Below are positions 7,425 to 16,352 of a DNA stretch of 39,759 bases, piece after piece. Positions within the stretch are counted from its first letter, which is position 1; every line of letters begins with the position of its first letter. The stretch is taken from positions 1 through 39,759 of IMG/VR virus record IMGVR_UViG_3300045410_000071; one strand, written 5' to 3'. Made by a program: the position numbers and the translations under genes. The DNA is from a virus (taxonomy: Duplodnaviria > Caudoviricetes). Below the pieces are notes generated by a model. That model worked only from the letters and a program-made list of their open reading frames with translations. It made no database searches and was not told the DNA's origin.

Positions 7425-7597
7425 GCGCCGCACGCAAGCCCGTCACGCTGCTGCCCGTGCCGCTGTTCCTGCTGGAGCTGCACTCCGAACGCATGGTCGA
7501 TGCGCTGCTCGCGCTGTCCGAAGCGGGCTTCAAGGTTACCTACGTGAAAGACACGGCGAATAGATATCGGATCGAAGACACACGGGAGCAGAAATGA
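7421..7597 (+). CDS. Hypothetical protein
   Basis: AAGGAG SD; ATGA overlaps. Confidence 0.55.
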   Translation: MSAARKPVTLLPVPLFLLELHSERMVDALLALSEAGFKVTYVKDTANRYRIEDTREQK

Positions 7598-8328
7598 GCG
7601 CAGTAGTGGAATCGAAGCCCGAGCCGCAAAGCACGGCGCTGGCGCCGACGAATCCGATGCAGATGCTGGCCATCGCGGTCCAGCAAGGCATGCCGATTGA
7701 GACCTTGCGCGAGCTGATGCAGCTCAAGAAAGAGTGGGAAGCCGATGAGGCACGCAAGGCGTTCGTCGCCGCGATGGCCAAATTCAAGGCGAATCCGCCC
7801 GAGATCATGAAGGACAAGCACGTGTCGTTCACGACTCAGAAAGGCACGACCGCTTACGATCACGCGACGCTTGGCCGTGTCTGCTCGGCCATCATCAAGG
7901 GCCTTGCGCAGCACGGTATCAGCCACCGGTGGGAGGTAGCGCAGCACGACAACCGCATCAAGGTGACATGCGTGCTGACGCATGCCCAGGGGCATAGCGA
8001 GAGCGTCAGTCTCAATTCCGGCGCTGACGATTCGGGCGGCAAGAACAGCATCCAGGCGATTGGATCTGCCGTCACCTATCTGCAGCGCTACAGCTTGTTG
8101 GCTGCCACAGGCCTCGCTGCACTTGACCAGGATGACGATGGCAAGACGACTGCGAAGGTCGAATACATTAGTGAAGGACAGATCGCCGATCTGATGGCGC
8201 TGGCGGACGAGGTTAAAGCTGACCGGCAGAAATTCCTCGCCTACATGAAAGTGTCCAAGCTGGCGGAAATCACTACCAAGGATTTCCAGAAGGCCGTCCG
8301 GGCGCTTGAATCAAAGAGGGCGCGCTGA
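7594..8328 (+). CDS. erf: ERF-family ssDNA annealing protein
   Basis: YDHATL...LTHAQGHSE...IQAIGSAVTYLQRYSLLAATGLAA..DDDG. Confidence 0.9.
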   Translation: MSAVVESKPEPQSTALAPTNPMQMLAIAVQQGMPIETLRELMQLKKEWEADEARKAFVAAMAKFKANPPEIMKDKHVSFTTQKGTTAYDHATLGRVCSAIIKGLAQHGISHRWEVAQHDNRIKVTCVLTHAQGHSESVSLNSGADDSGGKNSIQAIGSAVTYLQRYSLLAATGLAALDQDDDGKTTAKVEYISEGQIADLMALADEVKADRQKFLAYMKVSKLAEITTKDFQKAVRALESKRAR

Positions 8329-8951
8329 TGGACCTGCAGATTTTCAACTGCGACCAGGGCAGCGCGGAGTGGATTGCCTGTCGAGCTGGCATTCCAACGG
8401 CAAGCCAATTCGATACCGTTCTGGCCAAAGGCAAGGGCGGCGGCGAGTCGAAAACTCGCAGAACGTACATGCTCAAGCTGATCGGTGAGCGGCTCACAGG
8501 CGCGCCCATGTACAGCTACAACAATGACCACATGGAGCGCGGCAAGGAAATGGAGGCAGAGGCGCGCGACCTGTACTCCATGGTCTCGGATGTCGAACCA
8601 GTACAGGTCGGGTTCCTTCGCCGCGGCGAGGCCGGTGCCAGCCCGGACAGCCTGATCGGTGAATCAGGGATGCTGGAGATCAAGACAAAACTGGCGCACC
8701 TGCAGCTCGAATGCTTGCTCGGCGACAGGTTGCCTCCCGAGCACAAGGCCCAGTGCCAGGGGCAGCTGTGGATCGCCGAACGCGAGTGGGTGGACTTCTG
8801 TTCCTACTGGCCCGGCTTGCCGCTCTTTCGACATCGAGTCTATCGCGACGAGGTTTACATTACGCAGATCGCTGCGGCAGTCGACGCGTTCAACGCCGAG
8901 ATGCTGGAGCTGATCGCGCGCGTCAATGGCTACTCGCAGAAGGTGGCGTAA
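8328..8951 (+). CDS. Lambda-exonuclease/YqaJ-like recombination nuclease
   Basis: QGSAEWIACRAGIPTAS, MERGKEME, GASPDSL, LEIK, QCQGQLW motifs. Confidence 0.9.
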   Translation: MDLQIFNCDQGSAEWIACRAGIPTASQFDTVLAKGKGGGESKTRRTYMLKLIGERLTGAPMYSYNNDHMERGKEMEAEARDLYSMVSDVEPVQVGFLRRGEAGASPDSLIGESGMLEIKTKLAHLQLECLLGDRLPPEHKAQCQGQLWIAEREWVDFCSYWPGLPLFRHRVYRDEVYITQIAAAVDAFNAEMLELIARVNGYSQKVA

Positions 8952-9367
8952 TGGATATTTATCTCACGCGCACCCTCGCCGGCGCCGCTCCAGCCGATGA
9001 GGAAGCGAAGCAAGCCTTCAGGCGCTGGAAGATCGGCGAGACACTGAAGTGCGCGGTTAAAAAACCGCGTGACTATACGAACCACAAGCGCTACTTCGCG
9101 CTGCTGAATCTCACTTTTTCGAATCAAGAGCGGTATACCAGCTTTGAGCACTTCCGCCGCGCCGTGCAGATCGCGGCGGGGCATGTCGATGAGCTGATCA
9201 CCCTGGACGGTGAGGTCGTGCTGATCCCGAAGAGCATCGCCTATGACGCACTGGATGAGCTGGAGTTCTGCAAGGTATTCGGCGAGGCGATGACGGTGTG
9301 CGCAAAGATCCTTGGCGACTTGGATCTCGATCACCTGCGCGCTGAAGTCGAGAGGTACGCCGCGTGA
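8951..9367 (+). CDS. DUF1367-like protein
   Basis: KKPRDYTNHKRYFALL...AGH...IPKSIAY; TAATG coupling. Confidence 0.7.
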   Translation: MDIYLTRTLAGAAPADEEAKQAFRRWKIGETLKCAVKKPRDYTNHKRYFALLNLTFSNQERYTSFEHFRRAVQIAAGHVDELITLDGEVVLIPKSIAYDALDELEFCKVFGEAMTVCAKILGDLDLDHLRAEVERYAA

Positions 9368-10962
9368 GCACCGAACTGCAAATGCTGCCGCTGGCGAAGC
9401 TCAAGCTGTCGGCCACCAGCGCGCAGAGCGAACGACGCGCGCATTTCGACCCAGCCGGCATCGCCGAGCTCGCGGAGAGCATCAAGGCCGTCGGCATGCT
9501 GGCGCCGATCGTGGCACGGCCGTGGCACACCGCGGCCGGCCTCAATCATCTCGTGACCGATCCCGACTATGAAGTTGTGGCGGGTGAACGCAGATTGCTC
9601 GCCGCGAAGAAGGCGGGACTCACATCCGTCCCGGTCAGCGTGCGCGAGCTCACGGACGAACAGGTCCTGGAGGTGCAGCTGGTCGAGAACCTGCAGCGCG
9701 AGGACCTGCACGAGCTCGCCGAGGCGGAAGGGTACGAGGCCCTGCAGAAGCTCGGCCACAGCGTCGAGGAAATGGCCGGCAAGGTCGGCAAGTCGAAGGC
9801 GACGCTGTACGCGCGCATGAAGCTGCTCGCGCTGTGCAAGGACGCGCGCAAGGCATTCTATGACGGGACGCTGACCGCATCGGTGGCACTGCTAGTCGCC
9901 CGCATTCCTGATCATAGCTCGCAGCGCGAGGCACTCGAACAGCTGCGTTACGACAGCGACGATGGTGAGTCGATTTCGTACCGGGAGGCCGTCGAATACA
10001 TCCACCGCGAGTTCACGTTCCGTCTCGACCAGGCCGGCTTTCCGACCACGGACGCGACTCTGCTGCCCGCCGCCGGCGCCTGCAGCGCCTGCCCGAAGCG
10101 CACCGGCAACCAGCCCGAGCTCTTCGCCGACATCAAGCGTGGAGACGTCTGCACGGATCCGGTGTGCTTTCGCCAGAAGCGTGAAGCGATCGGGGCGCGC
10201 AAGCTCGCCGAGGCGAAGGCTTCCGGACAGCGCATCATCGAGGGCAAGCAAGCTGCATCGATCACGAAGTACGGCACGCACAGCCTGCAGGACGGGTTCG
10301 TCAAGCTCGATGCTACGTGCTACGACGATCCGAAGAATCGTACCTATCGCCAGTTGCTCGGCAAGCAGGCGACGCCGACGCTCCTGGTGGATCCGAAATA
10401 CGGAGTCATCGAGGTCGCTGAGAAGAAGGACTTGGCGCCGGCGCTCAAGGGGATTCGCGAGCGTTCATTGAACCCGGATGCTGCCCGGGAGAAACGGGCG
10501 AAACTCGAGCGCAGCTTCCGCCAGCAGCTGTACACCACGATTCGCCCCAAACTGCCCGAGAAGCTCGGTCGCACCGAGCTCGAGCATGTCGCGCTGGTGT
10601 TCTTCAAGCGCCTGGAAAACGAAGTCCAGAAGCAAGTTCTCAAGCTGTGGAACTGGGAGCTGGCGACGACCAAGCGCGACGGCTACACGCATACGTCGGC
10701 CGATGTCACGGGCGAACAGCGAGTGCCGAAGCTCAACGACGCCGCGCTTGCCCGGTTCATGCTCGATTGCAGCTACGCGCAGGAGCTGCGCGTGTTTACG
10801 TGGTCGGATGGCAAACCCGAACTCCTCCTGGCGGCCGCGAAGCGGCTGAAGATCGATCCGGAAAAGATCCGCAAGGATCTAGCCGCGGCCGCTAGCGCGA
10901 AGGCCAAGAAGCCGGCGCCGGCGAAGGCCTCGAAGAAGAAGGCCGCGAGGAAGCCGAAGTGA
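9364..10962 (+). CDS. Large ParB/Spo0J-family protein
   Basis: ELAESIKAVGMLAPIVAR, YEVVAGERRLLAA, ENLQREDL, HTH; internal CSACPK...CTDPVC; Lys-rich tail. Confidence 0.88.
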   Translation: MSTELQMLPLAKLKLSATSAQSERRAHFDPAGIAELAESIKAVGMLAPIVARPWHTAAGLNHLVTDPDYEVVAGERRLLAAKKAGLTSVPVSVRELTDEQVLEVQLVENLQREDLHELAEAEGYEALQKLGHSVEEMAGKVGKSKATLYARMKLLALCKDARKAFYDGTLTASVALLVARIPDHSSQREALEQLRYDSDDGESISYREAVEYIHREFTFRLDQAGFPTTDATLLPAAGACSACPKRTGNQPELFADIKRGDVCTDPVCFRQKREAIGARKLAEAKASGQRIIEGKQAASITKYGTHSLQDGFVKLDATCYDDPKNRTYRQLLGKQATPTLLVDPKYGVIEVAEKKDLAPALKGIRERSLNPDAAREKRAKLERSFRQQLYTTIRPKLPEKLGRTELEHVALVFFKRLENEVQKQVLKLWNWELATTKRDGYTHTSADVTGEQRVPKLNDAALARFMLDCSYAQELRVFTWSDGKPELLLAAAKRLKIDPEKIRKDLAAAASAKAKKPAPAKASKKKAARKPK

Positions 10963-11237
10963 GCGGCCCGCAGGTTCAAATCGGACGCCTTGCGTTACGC
11001 CACGAAGGCGAGAACTGGAACGCGTACTACGCGCTCACCGACACCATGGATGGCGCGGTGTTTCTCGGCTCCATACGCATGGGCGCTGTCATCAGCAACA
11101 CGCGGCGCAGGCAGCACTTCATGAATCTGATGCGTGATGTCGTATCGGACATCCTGAAGGACGCGACCGGTCAGCAGCCGACCTGGCCGAATGCACCGCA
11201 GCCTGCGCCAGAACACGAGAGGTCCGGACACGGATGA
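10959..11237 (+). CDS. Hypothetical protein
   Basis: GTGA overlap, 92 aa. Confidence 0.65.
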   Translation: MSGPQVQIGRLALRHEGENWNAYYALTDTMDGAVFLGSIRMGAVISNTRRRQHFMNLMRDVVSDILKDATGQQPTWPNAPQPAPEHERSGHG

Positions 11238-11440
11238 ATACCGCTGTCTGCATCGGCTGCGGCTGCACCGACACGAACGCGTGCGACGGCGGCTGTTCGT
11301 GGCTGCGCGTCGATCGAGCCGCAGGCCTGGGCGTGTGCTCGGAGTGCCCGGAGAAGGTCGCACGCTTCGACGCCGGCAAGCGCGCTTTGTCCGAGGACGC
11401 GCGCATCGAAGTCGAGTTGCGCAAAGTGTTTGGCGGCTGA
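11234..11440 (+). CDS. Small Cys-rich (Zn-finger-like) protein
   Basis: CIGCGCTDTNAC..GCSW...CSEC. Confidence 0.7.
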   Translation: MNTAVCIGCGCTDTNACDGGCSWLRVDRAAGLGVCSECPEKVARFDAGKRALSEDARIEVELRKVFGG

Positions 11441-11455
11441 CCCCGGGAGACACCA

Positions 11456-11971
11456 ATGAGCACCACGGTTCACCACTTCGCCACCTCCTCCTTCGGCCGC
11501 TATCGCCGGGAGTTACATCGCTACTTGATGCGTCGCTTGCGGGAACCGCAGGACGTGGATGACTTGGCGCAATCGGTCTACGAGCGATTGCTGAGATTCG
11601 ATGATGAGAAAGTCGTTCATAAACCCCTCGCCTACCTCTACGGTGTCGCCTCTCACGTCCTGGCCGACTTCCGCATTGAGGAGGAGCGCGATCACGAGCA
11701 CGTCGTCGCGCATGACGAGTCCGAGGACTGGGCGGAATGCCCGTCCTGCATCCTGCCAGACGACCTGGCCGACCGCCTGAACCTGCAGCAGCAGATCGAC
11801 TTGGCGATAGCGCAATTGCCGCCGACGCACGCCGCTGTGCTGTTATCGCACAAGCGTGACGGACTTTCATACGAGGAGGTGGCCGAGAAACTCGGCCTGA
11901 GTATCCATACCGTGGAAAAGTACGTCACGCAGGCGAAGGCCAGGCTGAGGACGATGACATGGGAACGTTAG
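11456..11971 (+). CDS. ECF-type sigma-70 factor (FecI-like)
   Basis: Region 2 ELHRYLMRRL..DVDDLAQSVYERLL..PLAYLYGVASH; region 4 LPPTHAAVLLSHKRDGLSYEEVAEKLGLSIHTVEKYV; GGGAG SD. Confidence 0.9.
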   Translation: MSTTVHHFATSSFGRYRRELHRYLMRRLREPQDVDDLAQSVYERLLRFDDEKVVHKPLAYLYGVASHVLADFRIEEERDHEHVVAHDESEDWAECPSCILPDDLADRLNLQQQIDLAIAQLPPTHAAVLLSHKRDGLSYEEVAEKLGLSIHTVEKYVTQAKARLRTMTWER

Positions 11972-12252
11972 AGCAAGATATCCGGAGCACGCTCGATGCG
12001 AAGCTCGCGGACATGCGAGCGCGCGCGGAACGATGCCTTGCCAACCGCCCTAGTTCGCCGCCATTCGTCAACCCGCACGAGCTGCTCGTACTTGTCGAGT
12101 GCACGGAACGGCTGCAGCTGGTCGTTGCGGCCGACGAGAAGGCGATTCGCGAACTGCGCGAAATGTTCGGCGTCACGGTTGATACACAGGCTGAAAGTTT
12201 TGAACTGATGGACGGCAACAAGGCCGCGCTCGCCAAGCTGGGAGCGCTATGA
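11959..12252 (+). CDS. Hypothetical protein
   Basis: Coupled ORF, 97 aa. Confidence 0.55.
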   Translation: MGTLEQDIRSTLDAKLADMRARAERCLANRPSSPPFVNPHELLVLVECTERLQLVVAADEKAIRELREMFGVTVDTQAESFELMDGNKAALAKLGAL

Positions 12253-12473
12253 GCTTCGACGACGACGAAACAACAGAGGCCCATGAGAAGCGCATCACGC
12301 GCTGCCGCTCATGCCAGGCGCGAATTATTTTCCTTAAGACGGCCGCAGGCAAGAACATGCCCGTCGACGCCGATACGGTCGAGCCTGACGATGATGAGTT
12401 CGACTCGGAGCGGCACGAATCGCATTTTGTTTCGTGTCCGAACGCGGACAAGCACCGGAAGCCTCGCAAGTGA
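12249..12473 (+). CDS. Small Zn-binding-like phage protein
   Basis: CRSCQARIIF...GKNMPVD...SHFVSCP. Confidence 0.7.
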   Translation: MSFDDDETTEAHEKRITRCRSCQARIIFLKTAAGKNMPVDADTVEPDDDEFDSERHESHFVSCPNADKHRKPRK

Positions 12474-13096
12474 GCCTCGAGCCCCTCATCGTCGGCAGCA
12501 TCAAGGACCTGGTCGTCTGTTCCGTCTGGGCGTTGGGCGAGCTCGCCACCAAGGCGCGGCTGCACAAGGCCGTCGATAGCAATGACGCGGTGATATCGAT
12601 CGCGATCAATACCCTGGTGCGCGACGGCTACATGCGCCCGCACCAGGCCGGCCATTACGTGCTCGCCGATGAGTTGGCGGCCACGCTCAAGCCGGCGGAT
12701 CGCACGCCGATCGCCGCGGCCGCAATTCCATCGGAGGCTCCGACAATGGCGAAAAAGACCTGTACCGAGTGCAGCCAGACTAAGAACGAAAGCGAGTTCT
12801 ACGCCGGCAACGCCAAATGCAAGCCGTGTTTTTTGAAGCGGCAGCGCGCAAGCAAGGCGGCGAAGAATGGGAAGGCGCCAGCGCCGCCGAAGCACGAACG
12901 CGCCCTAGCACCGCCCTCTGGCGATGAGTTCGTGATTCCCGCCGCCGGACAGATCCACTGCCGAGTACTCGACGCCGGCGCCGGACCTAGCTTTGTCTTG
13001 CAGCAGGGGAACGATCAGGTCATCTGCTCGGTCGAGCAGCTGCAGATCCTGCGTGACTGGGCGAGCGGCGTGATCAAGAAGGCATCTGCAGCATGA
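12470..13096 (+). CDS. Hypothetical protein with Zn-finger-like CTEC...CKPC segment
   Basis: GTGA overlap; KKTCTECSQTKNESEFY...CKPC. Confidence 0.6.
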   Translation: MSLEPLIVGSIKDLVVCSVWALGELATKARLHKAVDSNDAVISIAINTLVRDGYMRPHQAGHYVLADELAATLKPADRTPIAAAAIPSEAPTMAKKTCTECSQTKNESEFYAGNAKCKPCFLKRQRASKAAKNGKAPAPPKHERALAPPSGDEFVIPAAGQIHCRVLDAGAGPSFVLQQGNDQVICSVEQLQILRDWASGVIKKASAA

Positions 13097-13353
13097 GCGA
13101 GGCGATTCAGCAACTGCCATGCCCTTTCTGCGGCTCCGACGATCAAGGCATGATCACGATCTGCAGCGATGACGGCGACTTCGAGGCCGTCACGTGTAAC
13201 AACTGCGGCGCTCAGGGACCGACCAAGCCGACGAGCGACGAAGCCGAGGCCGCGTTCGATGCGCAGCCGGCCGTGGCCGAGCTGGAAATCGCCCGCGATC
13301 GCATGGCGCGCTGGGCGCTGCTGATTGGTGACACCGAGCATGGGCTGGAATAG
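13093..13353 (+). CDS. Lar-family restriction alleviation-like protein
   Basis: LPCPFCGS...VTCNNCGAQGP. Confidence 0.7.
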   Translation: MSEAIQQLPCPFCGSDDQGMITICSDDGDFEAVTCNNCGAQGPTKPTSDEAEAAFDAQPAVAELEIARDRMARWALLIGDTEHGLE

Positions 13354-13358
13354 ATCTG

Positions 13359-13562
13359 ATGCTGGTGCTTACGCAGCAAGAACTGGTCGAGTTGACGGGC
13401 AAAGTCCGCCCGAGCGCCCAAGCGCGCGCGCTAGATTTCATGAGCATCCCCCACCGCCCCCGCCCGGACGGCTCCCTGGCGGTCCTGCGCATCCACGTCG
13501 AGACATCGGAAGGGCGACCGAGCGGTGCTAGACTGCCGCCGGAACCACAGTTGCAGCCCTAG
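13359..13562 (+). CDS. Putative excisionase (DUF4224-like)
   Basis: LTQQELVELTGKVRPSAQARAL..IPHRPRPDGSLAV; directly upstream of integrase. Confidence 0.8.
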   Translation: MLVLTQQELVELTGKVRPSAQARALDFMSIPHRPRPDGSLAVLRIHVETSEGRPSGARLPPEPQLQP

Positions 13563-13572
13563 CAGACGCCAA

Positions 13573-14577
13573 GTGACACGACCCCGCAAGAAGGATCGGC
13601 ACCTGCCCGCGTGCGTGTATCCGAAGCACGGGGCTTACTGGTACGTCAAAAGCGGAAAGTGGCAGCGGCTCCCTCCAACCGGTCCGTCGACACTCGTTAG
13701 CGCACTTGAAGCCTATGCCGCGCTGGTCGAGGCGCCGAAAGGGGGCATGCCGGCGCTCATCGATGAGGCGCTCGTGGTGATCTGCAAGCGCGTCGCGGCA
13801 TCGACCGCCGATCAGTACGAGGATGCGGCGAAGATCCTGAAGCGCAAGCTCGTGCAGTTCGCCCCGGGCCAGGTGCGTCCGGTGCATGTGGTGGCGCTCA
13901 GGCAGTCGCTCGTGAACACCCCGAACATGGCGAATCGCTGCCTGTCGGTGTTGCGCTCGGTATTCGACTACGCGCTCGAGCAGCAGCGGGTGGAGAGCAA
14001 TCCGGCGATCGGCGTGAAGCGCCTCAAGGAGAAGAAGCGCGACCGGCTCATCACGCCGCAGGAGTACGTCGCGATCTACGCCGAGGCGGGACCGCGGCTC
14101 CAGGTCATCATGGACCTGTGCATCCGCACCGGCCAGCGCATTACGGCAGTACTGCGCATCCGGCGGGCCGACCTCACCGAGGAAGGTATCCGCTTCGGTA
14201 GGCACAAGACCGATGGTAAGGGCGTCACCGCCTGGACCCCCGAGCTGCGGGCGGTGGTCGAGCGCGCTAAGACGCTGGACGGTAAGATCTCGGCCCTCAC
14301 GCTTCTGCGCAATAAGCGTGGCAAGGCGCCCGACTATCGCACCGTGCGCGATCAGTGGGACGAGGCGGTACGGGCGGCGGCCGTGAGCGATGCGCACCTG
14401 CACGACCTACGTGCGGTGGCCGCCACCTGGGCGAAGCGGCAGGGGCTGAACGCCACCGCGCTGCTCATGCATTCGAGTCCCGCGCAGACCGAGCGCTACC
14501 TTCGAGGCAGGGAAGAACCGGTGATCGAAGGCCCGAGTTTTGGGAGCGTCATCGATGTCGCGTCTGAGAAAAGTTGA
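13573..14577 (+). CDS. int: Tyrosine integrase
   Basis: Catalytic set TGQR...HKT...HDLRA...LMHS...TERY; N-terminal LPACVYPKHGAYWYV segment; start taken at GTG 13573. Confidence 0.93.
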   Translation: MTRPRKKDRHLPACVYPKHGAYWYVKSGKWQRLPPTGPSTLVSALEAYAALVEAPKGGMPALIDEALVVICKRVAASTADQYEDAAKILKRKLVQFAPGQVRPVHVVALRQSLVNTPNMANRCLSVLRSVFDYALEQQRVESNPAIGVKRLKEKKRDRLITPQEYVAIYAEAGPRLQVIMDLCIRTGQRITAVLRIRRADLTEEGIRFGRHKTDGKGVTAWTPELRAVVERAKTLDGKISALTLLRNKRGKAPDYRTVRDQWDEAVRAAAVSDAHLHDLRAVAATWAKRQGLNATALLMHSSPAQTERYLRGREEPVIEGPSFGSVIDVASEKS

Positions 14578-15082
14578 TACCGATCTCCCGCCGCGGGTGT
14601 ATCCCAAGCATGGACGGTTCTGGTATGTGCTCGGCGGAAAGTGGACAGGGCTATCGACGGATCGTGCGACGGCCATCGAAGAGGGCAAGCGGCTCAACGA
14701 AATCCGGCATCCTGGCTGGAGCCCCGCACTAGAGGCCGCCCTTGGTTTGACATTCAAGTCGCGGCGATCGAACGCAAAAAGCCGCAGTATCGAATTCTCG
14801 ATTGGCTGGCCGGAAGTTCTAGCGCTTGCCAGTGCTGCGCGTTGGCGCTGTGCGGTGACGCGAATTCCTTTCTCGCTGGAGAAAACGGACGGCCGCAGGC
14901 GAGCCCCTTTCTGCCCCAGCATTGACCGAATTAAGTGCGGTGCCGGATACGTGAGCGGCAACGTGCGCGTGGTCTGTTTGGCGACAAACTTTGCCATGAA
15001 CGAGTGGGGTGATGCAGTGATGCAGAAGTTGGCGGAAGGGTGGCTGAAAGCCGAGTTTCAGCGCCGCGTATTAGACGTCTGA
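14555..15082 (+). CDS. HNH-like endonuclease with integrase-like N-terminal domain
   Basis: N-terminus LPPRVYPKHGRFWYVLGGKW parallels Int; C-terminus RCAVT...PSIDRI...GYVSGNVRVVC..TN.AMN. Confidence 0.7.
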   Translation: MSRLRKVDTDLPPRVYPKHGRFWYVLGGKWTGLSTDRATAIEEGKRLNEIRHPGWSPALEAALGLTFKSRRSNAKSRSIEFSIGWPEVLALASAARWRCAVTRIPFSLEKTDGRRRAPFCPSIDRIKCGAGYVSGNVRVVCLATNFAMNEWGDAVMQKLAEGWLKAEFQRRVLDV

Positions 15083-15112
15083 AACTATTTTAGACAGCCA
15101 ACCTATATCACC

Positions 15113-15169
15113 ATGATAAAACAAGCACTTATAAACGCAGACCAGCACACGCCAATAATGCAGCAGTAG
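15113..15169 (+). CDS. Replacement 5' end for host mutS (MIKQALINADQHTPIMQQ*)
   Basis: In-frame ATG 11 codons before HTPIMQQ, matching the conserved MutS N-terminal HTPMMQQY; TAG replaces the Tyr codon. Confidence 0.7.
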   Translation: MIKQALINADQHTPIMQQ

Positions 15170-15198
15170 CTGGTCAGAGTGCACTCAAGGTGTTGAAA

Positions 15199-15220
15199 CG
15201 CTGAGCGATTCCGCTCAGCG
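15199..15220. terminator. Hairpin between convergent early and late units
   Basis: CGCTGAGCG-ATTC-CGCTCAGCG perfect 9-bp stem; no long U tract. Confidence 0.45.
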
Positions 15221-15297
15221 CTGTCCAAAATAAACGCGGCGCTACGCTTCGATATTTGCCGATGAAAACAGGTGCGCAGGGCGAGTTTTAGACAGCC

Positions 15298-15495
15298 CTA
15301 TCGCCCCTGTGCTTTCGCCTCGGCGATCGCATCCACCAGCGCCGCCCGTGCGCTGTCATCCTGATCGAACGCCGCTTGCAGCTCCTGCGCAGTGAGCTTC
15401 CTCCCCTCGGCATGAGCCTGACGGATCGCCGTCGACACGGGGCCGGCGCTGTTGATGAGCGCCAGCAGCAGTTCGATTGCAGCGGCACTGTTCAT
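15298..15495 (-). CDS. Small lysis-module protein
   Basis: Last late gene, ATGA overlap. Confidence 0.6.
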   Translation of the reverse strand: MNSAAAIELLLALINSAGPVSTAIRQAHAEGRKLTAQELQAAFDQDDSARAALVDAIAEAKAQGR

Positions 15496-15833
15496 GACTG
15501 GCTCCTTTCTCGCAGGTGTTGCTGAAGTTTCACGAGGATCGTGGTCGCGAGACTGAGCCGCGCTTCTGCCGTTGACAGATCGCCAACTCCAGATGCCACA
15601 CGCGCGGCATCGAGCAACGCGCGCGCCTCGTCGGTGATCTTTAGGACCGCCTGCGCATCTGTTACGTCGATGTCGCCGGCCTCAAGGGAATTGGCCGCTG
15701 CTGTCCTGACAGCGGCGTTCTGGCTCACGGCATACGCAAGCTTGTCCTCAAAACTCGATGCCGGCGCCAGGCCGATCGATGCGCAGCCCGCCAGCATCAG
15801 TATGAGCAGTGGAATGATCGATAGCTTACGCAT
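15492..15833 (-). CDS. Lipoprotein in lysis module (possible spanin component)
   Basis: MRKLSIIPLLILMLAGC lipobox; follows holin-like gene. Confidence 0.65.
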   Translation of the reverse strand: MRKLSIIPLLILMLAGCASIGLAPASSFEDKLAYAVSQNAAVRTAAANSLEAGDIDVTDAQAVLKITDEARALLDAARVASGVGDLSTAEARLSLATTILVKLQQHLRERSQS

Positions 15834-16017
15834 TGGGTTTCTCCTGTGTGCGTTGACGCTGGAACCAAAAGAACGCGATGAGCATGATCAGCTCGTTCAT
15901 GTCGCCGCTCGTCGCCTGGATCAACTGCAGGCCTTCGGCGATCTTGATGCCGAAGTAGCCGGCGATGATGAAGAACGACAGGCCCACCTGTGCGCGGGCG
16001 ATGAGTAGATCGTTCAT
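15826..16017 (-). CDS. Putative holin
   Basis: 63 aa, two hydrophobic segments, basic C-terminus, next to endolysin. Confidence 0.6.
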   Translation of the reverse strand: MNDLLIARAQVGLSFFIIAGYFGIKIAEGLQLIQATSGDMNELIMLIAFFWFQRQRTQEKPNA

Positions 16018-16352
16018 TTCCGGCCCTGCCAGCTCAGGCTGTAGTGGTTGCCGTCATTGAAGCGTCCACCCCAAGCGCACGACGGGTGAAGCGATTCCCA
16101 AAACTCACCCAGCGGCTTGTGCGCGGCGGTGCCCGTGACGTACACGCCATCGATAAACAGATTCAAGTCGATGGCCAGTCGGTCGATGTGCAGACTGGCC
16201 CTGATGCCCTTGCCGTTCTTGGCATTCAGCGCCGCCTGTTCCGGTGTGCGCCAGGCCTCGCCCAGCGTCAATTCGTAGCCCTGGGCGTAGGCGAAGTCGA
16301 TCAGCCGCGGCAGCAGCTTCACGAACAGCGACTGGTGATCGCGCAGCGTCAT
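16014..16352 (-). CDS. Endolysin, peptidase M15 family
   Basis: GEAWRTPEQA, SLHIDRLAIDLNL, WGGRF.DGNHYS. Confidence 0.88.
   Translation of the reverse strand: MTLRDHQSLFVKLLPRLIDFAYAQGYELTLGEAWRTPEQAALNAKNGKGIRASLHIDRLAIDLNLFIDGVYVTGTAAHKPLGEFWESLHPSCAWGGRFNDGNHYSLSWQGRK

Larger units (their letters stand above)
15088..15297. other. attP region: arm-type repeats flanking a mutS-like core
   Basis: TTTTAGACAGCC at 15088 and 15286, inverted variant GCTGTCCAAAA at 15220; core CACACGCCAATAATGCAGCAGTA at 15146-15168. Confidence 0.8.

Noticed and set aside
15083-15297. tRNA or tmRNA fragment as attP core
   Set aside because: No T-arm/CCA signature; the mutS-like motif explains the core better
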